Below, piece by piece: positions 18,460 to 26,665 of a DNA stretch of 37,703 nucleotides. Each line of letters starts with the position of its first letter. Positions within the stretch are counted from its first letter, which is position 1. The notes below the pieces were generated by a model, which searched no databases, had not been told where the DNA came from, and saw nothing but the letters and a program-made list of their open reading frames with translations. The stretch comes from Candidatus Hecatellales archaeon B24 (GTDB lineage Archaea; Thermoproteota; Bathyarchaeia; Hecatellales; Hecatellaceae): the NCBI GenBank assembly GCA_001593855.1, contig LUCC01000004.1:1-37703 (forward strand), given 5' to 3'. Made by a program: the position numbers and the translations under genes.

Positions 18460-18627
18460 ATGGCTTCAACCGGTAAAGGTGAAATATCCTATAAATGTGT
18501 CAGGTGCGGTAAAACGGTTTCCTACGAGTCCATTGTTGGAATGCCAGAGTTCAAGTGTCCTCACTGCGGCTACCGCATCCTCCAGAAGGTTAGGCCACCC
18601 ATAGTCAAGCAGATTAAAGCCCGGTAA
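18460..18627 (+). CDS. rpoP: DNA-directed RNA polymerase subunit P (Rpo12/RpoP)
   Basis: Unlisted 55-aa ORF MASTGKGEISYKCVRCGKTVSYESIVGMPEFKCPHCGYRILQKVRPPIVKQIKAR. It has a CxxC...CxxC zinc ribbon with the RpoP-typical YRCxxCG / CPxCGYRI(L)xK pattern. GGGAGG lies 9 nt upstream. Confidence 0.8.
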   Translation: MASTGKGEISYKCVRCGKTVSYESIVGMPEFKCPHCGYRILQKVRPPIVKQIKAR

Positions 18628-20224
18628 GCCTTTCAGCCTTAAGGCTTGCCATCGTCTTCCTAAGGTTTCCCAAGGCTTTCCCGCTCCAAGGGTCAGCTTC
18701 CCAGCCTGTAAGCACAGCCCCAATTTTTCCAGCGTCCTCCTGCCCTAGAAGGCTGGGGTCAGGGTGCAGGACAGCCTTTTCAAAGCCTGAAGTCTTAACA
18801 TATTCAGCCAAATACTCAGCCATGCTTCTAAGCATTCCCTCGCTGTAAGGCTTCGCAGCTTCAAACTGGGAGAAAGGGTAAACCTCGCAGACGCTGGCCG
18901 GGGTTAACCCGAAAACAGGATTGTAGAAGCATACTTCAACGTCCTCTGAAAGCTTAAGTTCCGCCAGCAGCCTAGCAACCTTACCATACCTTTCATCCTG
19001 AGTGTAAGGTTTAACTTCAGGTTCAGGCAGCAGTAGGAGAATCTTCTTCTCACACTTAGAGGCTTCAACCAGCGTTTCCCTAACCCTTTGAACTTCAGGC
19101 CTTCCAAGGCTTAGCTCGTCGAATATCAGCAAACCCCGGCTTTTCCATCTGGGAGTATGCTTCTCCAGGTATTTCCAGTGTTTAGCCAGGATTTTCAGGG
19201 CTTGGAGAAGGGCGGGGTGTCCTCTAGCCCTAACCTCCAAGTGTTCCCAAAGTCTTCCTTCAGCCAGACTCTGCTTAACCTTTTCCACCTCGGAAAAGCA
19301 GGCGTAAAGGTTGTGCTCCATAAGGAAGAAGGTTTTCTCCTTTTCAGGGAGTTCCTTTAAGTCTTCAAGGCTGGTTTTCCTGCAAGCTGGGCAGGGGCAT
19401 GAGAGAAACCTAAGCCTCTCAATTCTGATGGTTCCATGCTCAGTGATGTAGCGGCCGTCCTTGGCGTAAATAGCGTAGGCAGCGGAGTCGAAGAGGTCGC
19501 ATCCCAAGGCCACAGCCAGGGAGAACATGGCTGGATGGCCTGCACCGAAAAGGTGGAAGGGCTTCTCGCAGGGTAAACCGCTCTTAGCCGCTACAATCAT
19601 CTCCACAAGCAGGTCAAACCTGTAGGATTCCATCACGCCTGTCGGGCTTCCAAGCGCGTAAACGTCGAAGGGAAGCTCAGCCATACGTTTAGCGGCTGAG
19701 GCTACAAGGTCTAGGTGGCAGCCTCCCTGAACAGGTCCAACCCATAGAGGCTGCTTACCACCGTAGAGTTCTCTTACGTGCCGGAGGGTTTCTTTCCCTC
19801 TTCTAACGGTTTCCTCAACGGTTTTTTCAGCTTTACGTCTGGAAGCATCCCAGCCTGTTGGCACATCTAAAATTACAGCCACATCCGAGCCTATCTCACA
19901 CTGGTACCGGGCTATTTCAAGGGGGTCAACCTCAACTTCGCCGTACCTGAGAATCTGGTAGGCTCCTGAATCGCCTGAATCGGTTAAGATAACTCCTTTG
20001 AAGCCTAGAAGGCTGTGAACTCCCATTTCAACAGCCTTTCCCCCATAGGTTTTCCAGAGAATGTAAGCGTTAGACGTGAGCCCTTTAAACCCTATCTCCC
20101 AAAGCCTCCCAGGAGGAAACTCTAAGGTTCTAGGGTTCAGGCAGAAGCGCGGGAGTTTCAAGGCTGCCCCTCCTAAGCTTAAGCCTTCCAATCCTTCCAG
20201 CCAAATCTTCAAATTTAACTTCAA
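18614..20224 (-). CDS. tgtA: archaeosine tRNA-guanine(15) transglycosylase
   Basis: TGT catalytic-domain motifs (LTDSG..GAYQ, VAVILDVPT, LFGAGHP, zinc site CPCPAC..) plus a C-terminal accessory domain. No PUA-like C-terminus recognised. Confidence 0.9.
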   Translation of the reverse strand: MKLNLKIWLEGLEGLSLGGAALKLPRFCLNPRTLEFPPGRLWEIGFKGLTSNAYILWKTYGGKAVEMGVHSLLGFKGVILTDSGDSGAYQILRYGEVEVDPLEIARYQCEIGSDVAVILDVPTGWDASRRKAEKTVEETVRRGKETLRHVRELYGGKQPLWVGPVQGGCHLDLVASAAKRMAELPFDVYALGSPTGVMESYRFDLLVEMIVAAKSGLPCEKPFHLFGAGHPAMFSLAVALGCDLFDSAAYAIYAKDGRYITEHGTIRIERLRFLSCPCPACRKTSLEDLKELPEKEKTFFLMEHNLYACFSEVEKVKQSLAEGRLWEHLEVRARGHPALLQALKILAKHWKYLEKHTPRWKSRGLLIFDELSLGRPEVQRVRETLVEASKCEKKILLLLPEPEVKPYTQDERYGKVARLLAELKLSEDVEVCFYNPVFGLTPASVCEVYPFSQFEAAKPYSEGMLRSMAEYLAEYVKTSGFEKAVLHPDPSLLGQEDAGKIGAVLTGWEADPWSGKALGNLRKTMASLKAERLTGL

Positions 20225-20306
20225 AACTCAAGGTTTAATCTTCCCTCTACTAGCTTGAAAAAGGAGGCTTAAGAAAATTTAGGGGATGCCCTTAAAAGGA
20301 TGTTTC

Positions 20307-20639
20307 CTACTTAAGCATGGCCTTCGCGATTTCCTCTTTGATTTCCTCCTTGGTTTTTCCTTCAGTTTCTATGCCTAGGTCTTTAGCTATCTTCTGAAGC
20401 GTTTCTTCCTCTTCTTCCTCGGTTAGCTTTCCTTCCTTAAGCTTCTGCTTCAGCCTTTGCACTTCAGCTTCAGCTTCAGCTTTCCCCTTTTCGAATTCTC
20501 CTGTGGCTTTGCCTATGCTTCTTGCCAGCTCAGGAAGCTTCTTGGCTCCGAAGAGAACTATTACGATTACGACTATGAGGACTATCCATTCCATTCCCTG
20601 AACGGTTGGGATGAAATTCAGCACTGGAAGACTGGACAT
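20307..20639 (-). CDS. tatA: twin-arginine translocase subunit TatA/E
   Basis: TM helix then an amphipathic helix: IVLIVVIVIVLFGAKKLPELARSIGKATGEFEKG. The true start may be the internal Met of MEWIV. Confidence 0.85.
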   Translation of the reverse strand: MSSLPVLNFIPTVQGMEWIVLIVVIVIVLFGAKKLPELARSIGKATGEFEKGKAEAEAEVQRLKQKLKEGKLTEEEEEETLQKIAKDLGIETEGKTKEEIKEEIAKAMLK

Positions 20640-20640
20640 G

Positions 20641-21474
20641 CTACAGCACCGACTTACCTTTATCAGGCGAACCTATTTTAATCTTGTGGCGGGCAGATAT
20701 AAGCCATCCTGCCGCGTAGAGGGCTATCATAGGCCCGGCCACCATGAACATGGTTACTCCGCTTCCATCCGGCGTGATGACCGCCCCGAAAATGCACATG
20801 GCAGCAAAAGCGTAGCTGAAGTTTTCCTTCCAGAAGCTTGCTTCCACCACCTCCAGCGAGGTTAACAGTATCATTATGAGGGGAAGCTCGAAGGCTATTC
20901 CGAAGGCCGCCATGAAGAGAAGGACGAAAGATATGAAGCTGTCTATGGTTAGAAAGGTGATAAGGTTTATGGCTATAGCATACTTGAAGAGGAAGTCTAT
21001 GGTGAAAGGCAGAATCAGCACGTAGGCGAAAAAGGCTCCCACCACGAAGAGGATGGCTGCAGGGCCGCTAAGCTTAACGATAAGCCTTTTCTCATGCGGG
21101 TAAAGCCCTGGAGACACAAACTTCGCGAACTGGTAGACTATCATAGGCATCCCCAGCGTTAACCCCAAGAATATGGAGCAGTAGAACAGAGCTATAAGGG
21201 CGTCCCAGGGAGTTGTCACGATGACCTTAACGTATTCCGGTAGCAAGTCGTGCTGCAGCTTCTGGAGAAGCATGGCTGCCACGTTGTGGAAGGGGTCTGG
21301 ATAAGGATAATACACTGGGTAGCTGTTAATCTCCGTCTGCTTAATGGTGAGGGCGAAGCTTCCAGCAACTATTATGGCAATGGTTAGAATGACCTTGACA
21401 GCTCTATCCCTAAACTCTTGAAGGTGTTCCATCCAGCTCATGCGGGGACCTATGTCTTCGCTGTCCTCAGACAT
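20641..21474 (-). CDS. tatC: twin-arginine translocase subunit TatC
   Basis: MSWMEHLQEFRDR N-terminal signature and a six-TM topology. Its stop is 1 nt upstream of the tatA start. Confidence 0.9.
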   Translation of the reverse strand: MSEDSEDIGPRMSWMEHLQEFRDRAVKVILTIAIIVAGSFALTIKQTEINSYPVYYPYPDPFHNVAAMLLQKLQHDLLPEYVKVIVTTPWDALIALFYCSIFLGLTLGMPMIVYQFAKFVSPGLYPHEKRLIVKLSGPAAILFVVGAFFAYVLILPFTIDFLFKYAIAINLITFLTIDSFISFVLLFMAAFGIAFELPLIMILLTSLEVVEASFWKENFSYAFAAMCIFGAVITPDGSGVTMFMVAGPMIALYAAGWLISARHKIKIGSPDKGKSVL

Positions 21475-21605
21475 GTCTAGGCCTCAAAAATAAAGCGGTA
21501 AACCATTAAATAAAAGCTTTAGAAGCCCTCGTTCCCCTGTTTCAGCCGGAAAGGGTATAGTAAAATTAAAATTTCAGGTGGGAAAAATAAAAGTAATGTT
21601 TGCAG

Positions 21606-21613
21606 TTTATATG
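21606..21613 (+). promoter_or_regulatory. TATA box for the hydrogenase operon
   Basis: TTTATATG about 50 nt upstream of TTG 21661, with GAGGAGGT at 21638-21645 in between. Confidence 0.4.
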
Positions 21614-21660
21614 AGGCAGGGTGCGAAGGGGGGAAATGAGGAGGTTAAAGGTGTAAGCTT

Positions 21661-23580
21661 TTGATAGATGGACTGCTTATAGGTTTAACCGTTGGGTTCC
21701 CTGTGGTTACAGGCCTCTTGGCCCGGGGTCTTCCAGGCGTTTGGTCAAGAAGACTGCTGGTAGTTTTAACCACCATCGTTCTAATCGTCTCCTCGCTTCT
21801 ACTCCTGTGGAGAGGCCCCTACACCTATACTCTCCCAGAGTTTTGGGACGAGGTTATAGTGGTTTTAGACTTCATCCTGCTCTTTTACTTCCTCTATCTG
21901 GGCTTCAGAATCAGGCATCCGCTTGTAGTTGTTTTAACTTTGCTCCAGCTGGTTCCCCTCGCCTACTTTGAGGCTTCTCTCCCGGTTATCCACGTGGAGC
22001 CTACGCTTGCCATAGACTTCCTAGCCATCATCATGTGCCTAATCATATGCGTTATAGGCTCTCTCATCTGCGTTTACGCTTTAAGCTACATGGACGAGCA
22101 TGAGGAGCACCTGCACCTGGCCAAAACCAGGCAGCCCAGATTCTTCCTTTACATGCTGCTTTTCCTCGGAGCCATGAACGGGCTGGTTTTCGCCAACAAC
22201 CTTTACTGGCTCTACTTCTTCTGGGAGGTTACCACGCTGTGCTGCTTCCAGCTTATCAGGCATGATGAAACACCGCAGGCGGAAAAAAATGCTGCCCTGG
22301 CCCTCTGGATGGGCCTCATAGGCGGAGTAGCCTTCGTCGCCAGCCTTTTCATCGGCTACTACCAAGTTGGAAATCTGGGTCTCAACAGTCTGATGTCTGC
22401 TCAGCCTGCCGCTATTATCCTTTTAGCCTTCGCCTGTCTGGCGTTAGCTGCCTTCACCAAGTCTGCTCAAGTACCCTTCCACAGCTGGCTTCTAGGTGCG
22501 ATGGTGGCGCCTACTCCCGTTTCCGCCCTTCTCCACTCCAGCACCATGGTTAAGGCAGGCGTATACTTGGTGCTTAGGATTGCTCCAGCCCTTCAGGGTA
22601 CAGCTTTAACTTCGGCTGTAGCCTTTGTGGGAGGGTTGAGCTTTCTGGTTACCGCGGTTCTCGCCATAAGTCAGAGGGAGTCTAAGCGTATCCTCGCCTA
22701 TTCAACCATTGGAAACCTCGGCCTCATCATTCTCTGCGCCGGAGTTAACACTCCTCTGTCCATGGTTGCCGCCCTGCTTTTACTGGTTTTCCACGCCATG
22801 TCTAAGGGGCTTCTCTTCCTCGGTGCCGGAATAGTTGAGAACAGGGTTTACAGCCGGAATATTGAGGATTGGGAGGGGCTTATCGCAAGGTTTCCCCTGA
22901 TTTCAGCCATCATGCTGGTGGGGATGTTCACCATGTTCCTTCCCCCCTCTGGGATGCTTCTGGCTAAATGGGTAACGCTGGAGGCTGTAGCCTCCTCTCC
23001 AGCCCAGTGGGCTATAACGCTCGTAACAATCCTCGCGGTTGGAAGCGCGGCTACAACCCTCTTCTGGTCGAAGTGGATGGCTCACCTGCTCTTCCACCCG
23101 TCCACAGCTGAAAGGGCTAAACGGGAGAAGCTTCAGCTTCCATACTTGGCTTCAACCATCACCATAACTGCGCTGGACATAGCTGTAAGCGTTATAGCCG
23201 CGGTTCTGGTTGCAGCCTTAGTGATTCCAACGGTTAAGCCCTGGTACGCGGTTAAACTGGCTTTGCCGCTTCTAAACCTCTCAACGGGAATCGGAGCATT
23301 CCCCATATGGCCTCTCTTCCTAGTTATGGCGGTAGCCTTAGCCCTTGCGGTGATGGTTTTCAGGGCTAAAGGTGGAAAGCTGGTTTCACCCTACATGTGC
23401 GGGGAAAACGTTGAAGGCGCTCCAGCCTCCTTCCGCTCCACAGCCGACCTAGAATTCAACTTTGACGCTTCAGGAATGTTCTTCGATAGAGCACTGGGAG
23501 AACCTAAAACCAACAGGTATGTAACCGCGGTTGGAATCCTCCTAACGGTTCTGGTTTTCGCCTTGGCTTTGGTGGTATAA
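21661..23580 (+). CDS. group 4 [NiFe]-hydrogenase membrane subunit, NuoL/MrpD/EchA-like antiporter module
   Basis: 639-aa polytopic protein with the proton-antiporter core (AFTKSAQVPFHSWLLGAMVAPTPVSALLHSSTMVKAGVYL). Confidence 0.85.
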   Translation: MIDGLLIGLTVGFPVVTGLLARGLPGVWSRRLLVVLTTIVLIVSSLLLLWRGPYTYTLPEFWDEVIVVLDFILLFYFLYLGFRIRHPLVVVLTLLQLVPLAYFEASLPVIHVEPTLAIDFLAIIMCLIICVIGSLICVYALSYMDEHEEHLHLAKTRQPRFFLYMLLFLGAMNGLVFANNLYWLYFFWEVTTLCCFQLIRHDETPQAEKNAALALWMGLIGGVAFVASLFIGYYQVGNLGLNSLMSAQPAAIILLAFACLALAAFTKSAQVPFHSWLLGAMVAPTPVSALLHSSTMVKAGVYLVLRIAPALQGTALTSAVAFVGGLSFLVTAVLAISQRESKRILAYSTIGNLGLIILCAGVNTPLSMVAALLLLVFHAMSKGLLFLGAGIVENRVYSRNIEDWEGLIARFPLISAIMLVGMFTMFLPPSGMLLAKWVTLEAVASSPAQWAITLVTILAVGSAATTLFWSKWMAHLLFHPSTAERAKREKLQLPYLASTITITALDIAVSVIAAVLVAALVIPTVKPWYAVKLALPLLNLSTGIGAFPIWPLFLVMAVALALAVMVFRAKGGKLVSPYMCGENVEGAPASFRSTADLEFNFDASGMFFDRALGEPKTNRYVTAVGILLTVLVFALALVV

Positions 23581-23581
23581 A

Positions 23582-24463
23582 ATGGATGGATGGCTTCTCA
23601 GCCTCACGGTTGCCGTCGGACTTGTGGTAGCAGCTCCCTTTATAGGAGGAATCCTAAGCGGGATAGACCGGAAGCTCACGGCGAGAATGCAGAACAGGGT
23701 TGGACCCCCAATTATTCAGCCTTTCTACGACCTGCTGAAGCTTTGGGGGAAGGAAAGCTTTGTGGCAAGCCGCTTCCAAGCTCTGCTGGCTTTCTCCTTC
23801 ATGGTTTTCTCGGTGGTAGCCTTCACCCTGCTTGTCCTAGCCCAAGACCTTCTGCTCATAGTGTTCGTCATTTCGCTGGCCGACGTATGCCTTGTTCTCG
23901 GAAGCTACTGTGGAAGGTCTCCCTACAGCTATCTTGGGGGGAGAAGGGAACTGCTTCAAATGCTCGCCTACGAGCCTATTCTGATACTTGCCGTCGTAAA
24001 CATTTACGCGGCCACAGGAAGCTTCATGGTTGAAGGCGTTTTCAAGCTTGGCTTCCCGCTGGTAATACTGCTGCCAGGAGTTTTCCTAGCCCTCCTCATA
24101 GCCCTGCCCATCGAAGCCAGAAAGTCCCCCTTCGACATCTCAGCCAGCCACCACGCCCACCAGGAAATAGTCCGAGGAGTCTTCACCGAGTTTTCAGGCT
24201 TCTCCCTAGCCCTCATAGAGTTCGGCCACTGGTTCAAGCTAATCTTCTACCTCGCCCTCCTCGCGCTTTTCTGGGTGCCACTCCTATGGCTGGGAGCCGT
24301 TCTCGCCTTCATCTTCTACTTCATAATCATGATTGTAGACAATATCTTCCCTAGGCTCACTTGGACTTTTATGTTGAAGGCTGTCTGGCTGGCAGGCTTC
24401 ACCCTTGCAGTTTCAAACCTTATCGTTTTAGCACTGCTGGGAGTTGGTTTAGCATGGGCGTAA
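23582..24463 (+). CDS. group 4 hydrogenase membrane subunit, NuoH/EchB/HycD-like
   Basis: GIDRKLTARMQNRVGPP..QPFYDLLKL signature of the NuoH/HycD family, 8-TM profile. Confidence 0.9.
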   Translation: MDGWLLSLTVAVGLVVAAPFIGGILSGIDRKLTARMQNRVGPPIIQPFYDLLKLWGKESFVASRFQALLAFSFMVFSVVAFTLLVLAQDLLLIVFVISLADVCLVLGSYCGRSPYSYLGGRRELLQMLAYEPILILAVVNIYAATGSFMVEGVFKLGFPLVILLPGVFLALLIALPIEARKSPFDISASHHAHQEIVRGVFTEFSGFSLALIEFGHWFKLIFYLALLALFWVPLLWLGAVLAFIFYFIIMIVDNIFPRLTWTFMLKAVWLAGFTLAVSNLIVLALLGVGLAWA

Positions 24464-24887
24464 TGGCGAAGTCTAGAGCTAAGTCTCCTTGGATACTGCA
24501 TGTTAACTGTGGAAGGGCTGCGACATAGAAATCCTAGCGTGTTTAACCCCAAGGTTCGATGTGGAGAGGTTTGGAATGCTTCACATGGGAAATCCTAAGC
24601 ACGCTGACATTCTGCTTATAACAGGGCCTGCCAACCGGAGGAATGCTAGGGTGCTTAAAACCCTCTACGAGCAGACTCCTGAGCCGAAGGTTGTAGTGGC
24701 TGTGGGAACCTGCGCCTGCACCGGAGGCATATTCCACAACTGCCCCAACGTGCTGGGAGGAGTTGACAAGGTTATCCCCATAGACGTCTACGTTCCAGGC
24801 TGCGCTGCAAGGCCTGAATCCATCATAGACGGCGTGGTTTTGGCTCTGCAGAAGCTTGCGGAAAAGAGGGTGGAGGAGGAAGCCTGA
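24463..24887 (+). CDS. hydrogenase small subunit, NuoB/EchC-like, interrupted by an apparent 1-nt frameshift near 24514-24518
   Basis: ATG 24463 (overlapping the upstream TAA) encodes MAKSRAKSPWILHVNCGR, then hits TAG at 24526. The shifted frame continues GCDIEILACLTPRFDVERFGM..PKHADILLITGP..GTCACTGG..VYVPGCAARPE (track ORF 24561-24887). Confidence 0.8.
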
Positions 24888-26665
24888 TGGCGTCGCAGGT
24901 TGTCGAAGTACCCGTAAGCAAGGCTGAGCTTTTCACGAAAATCTACGAGCTTGCCGCAGCCAAGGCCAGGTTTATAGCTATAACATGCAAGGACCTAGAA
25001 GACCGCTTCGAAGTCATCTACCACTTCGAGGAAGACCTGAAAGTTGTGAACGTTAAAGTTGAAATCGGGAAGGACGAGGTTTTACCCAGCATAACCAGCA
25101 TATACCCCTGTGCTTTCTTGGCCGAAAACGAGATAAAAGACATGTTCAAGGTGAACTTTGCAGGCTTAAGCCCTGACCTCCAGGGTAGGCTTCTGAAAAC
25201 GGCTGACGCCACTCAGACCACCCTTCTGAAGCCTGCGGTAGGAGTTCAGCCTCCAAAGTTCCGGCTGGAGGCAAGATGCGGCCAGCAGTGTCCAGCCGGA
25301 ATAGACATACCCCGCTATGTTAGGCTTATCGCGGAAGGAAAATACGTGGAATCCTTCCAGACTATTCTTGAGAAGGCTCCTTTCCCCGCCATTCTTGGAA
25401 GAGTATGCTTCGCCCCTTGCGAGGAAGGATGCAGGCAGGCTAAAAACGAGCAGCCCATACCTATAAGGCTGCTTAAACGCTTCGTAGCAGACCAGGTTGG
25501 CGTGAAGAAGCTTAAGGTGGAAAGGCTTAAGTCCACCGGTAAGAAGGTTGCCATCGTCGGGGCGGGGCCGGCAGGCCTTACAGCCGCCTACTACCTCGGC
25601 CTCCTAGGCCATGAGGTAACGGTTTTCGACGAGTTTCCCAGGCCTGGAGGAATGATGCTTTCAGGCATACCTGAGTACAGGCTTCCCAAGAAGCTTATGG
25701 AGGCTGAGATTAAGGCGAGAATGGAAGAGGCTGAAGTTGAGCTTAAACTTGGAAGGAAAATTGAAAGCCTAGACGAGCTTCTGGGCGGAGGCTACGACGC
25801 CGTTTTCATAGCTGTGGGAGCCCATGAAGGCGTGAAGCTTGGTGTTGAAGGAGAAGACCATCCGAAGCTCTTAGACTGCCTCCAGCTTTTAAGGGAGGTT
25901 AATCTTCAAGGTGAAAGGCCTAAGATAGGCCGAAAAGTGGTGGTTATAGGCGGGGGAAACAGCGCCATAGACGCTGCAAGGGTTTCACGGAGGCTTGGAG
26001 CTGAAGACGTAACCATCTTTTACCGGCGGACTAGGAAGGAGATGCCTGCCACCCCAAGAGAGGTGGAAGAAGCTGAAGCTGAAGGCGTTAAACTGGAGTT
26101 CCTTGTAGCTCCAACCAAGGTTCTGCCAGGCGAATCCCCGGCGAAAATGGAGTTCATAAGGATGAAGCTTGGAGCACCCGATGCCTCTGGAAGGCCTAGG
26201 CCTGAACCCGTTCCCGGAAGCGAGTTCACCGTGGAGGCTGACGTTTTCATTAGGGCCATAGGCCAGGTGGTCACCGTTCCCAAGGGATTCAACCTTAAAC
26301 TGGACAGGCGGGGCCGAATAGAAGTTAACCCTGAAACCTTGGAGACAAGCCGCAGCGGGGTTTTCGCTGGGGGAGACGCTGTGACAGGCCCCGCCTCGGT
26401 GGCTGAAGCTATAGGAGCAGGATGGAAGGCTGCCAGCGCCATAGACAGATACCTAGGCGGCCAAGGCCTTAAAGAGCGTGAACTGAAGGAAGAGTTAACG
26501 TTGAGGCCCAGCGTTGAAGACGTTTTAGAGCTTGAGAGCATTCCGGTCGCCATGCTTCCTGTGGAGCAGAGGCTTAAAGGCTTCGACGAGGTGGAGTTAG
26601 GCTACCGGGAGAAGGAGGCTGTTCAGGAGGCTAAACGCTGCTGGAGGTGTGACTGGTATGAGTAA
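24887..26665 (+). CDS. fusion protein: NuoC/EchD-like hydrogenase subunit (about aa 1-105) plus a GltD/NfnB/SudA-type NAD(P)H:FAD iron-sulfur oxidoreductase module
   Basis: N-terminus: FEVIYHF...PSITSIYPCAFLAENEIKDMFKVNFAG (30-kDa subunit pattern). Then CGQQCPAGIDIPRYV...GRVCFAPCEEGC (Fer4_20-like), VAIVGAGPAGLTAAYYL (FAD), VVVIGGGNSAIDAARV...YRR (NADPH), GVFAGGD. The C-terminal tail is FDEVELGY..EAVQEAKRCWRC. Confidence 0.85.
   Translation: MASQVVEVPVSKAELFTKIYELAAAKARFIAITCKDLEDRFEVIYHFEEDLKVVNVKVEIGKDEVLPSITSIYPCAFLAENEIKDMFKVNFAGLSPDLQGRLLKTADATQTTLLKPAVGVQPPKFRLEARCGQQCPAGIDIPRYVRLIAEGKYVESFQTILEKAPFPAILGRVCFAPCEEGCRQAKNEQPIPIRLLKRFVADQVGVKKLKVERLKSTGKKVAIVGAGPAGLTAAYYLGLLGHEVTVFDEFPRPGGMMLSGIPEYRLPKKLMEAEIKARMEEAEVELKLGRKIESLDELLGGGYDAVFIAVGAHEGVKLGVEGEDHPKLLDCLQLLREVNLQGERPKIGRKVVVIGGGNSAIDAARVSRRLGAEDVTIFYRRTRKEMPATPREVEEAEAEGVKLEFLVAPTKVLPGESPAKMEFIRMKLGAPDASGRPRPEPVPGSEFTVEADVFIRAIGQVVTVPKGFNLKLDRRGRIEVNPETLETSRSGVFAGGDAVTGPASVAEAIGAGWKAASAIDRYLGGQGLKERELKEELTLRPSVEDVLELESIPVAMLPVEQRLKGFDEVELGYREKEAVQEAKRCWRCDWYE

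Noticed and set aside
18407-18723. Two track ORFs (18407-18604 plus, 18466-18723 minus) in the trm5-tgtA gap
   Set aside because: Neither has protein-like features. A different plus frame encodes a clean RpoP zinc ribbon with an RBS, and the minus ORF mostly overlaps the tgtA 3' end.
20455-20480. Tandem CTTCAG hexamer repeat
   Set aside because: It simply encodes the AEAEAE stretch of the TatA amphipathic tail on the minus strand, and is not an independent repeat element.
20307-21474. TatA/TatC adjacent to the hydrogenase operon, as a dedicated export system
   Set aside because: The genes are divergently transcribed. Group 4 hydrogenases face the cytoplasm, and the small subunit N-terminus (MAKSRAKSPW) has no twin-arginine motif. 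The adjacency is probably coincidental.
23590-24033. 147-aa alternative-frame ORF inside the NuoH-like gene
   Set aside because: It is an Arg/Pro/Ser/Gly-rich out-of-frame translation. The annotated frame shows the NuoH/HycD signature and TM periodicity.
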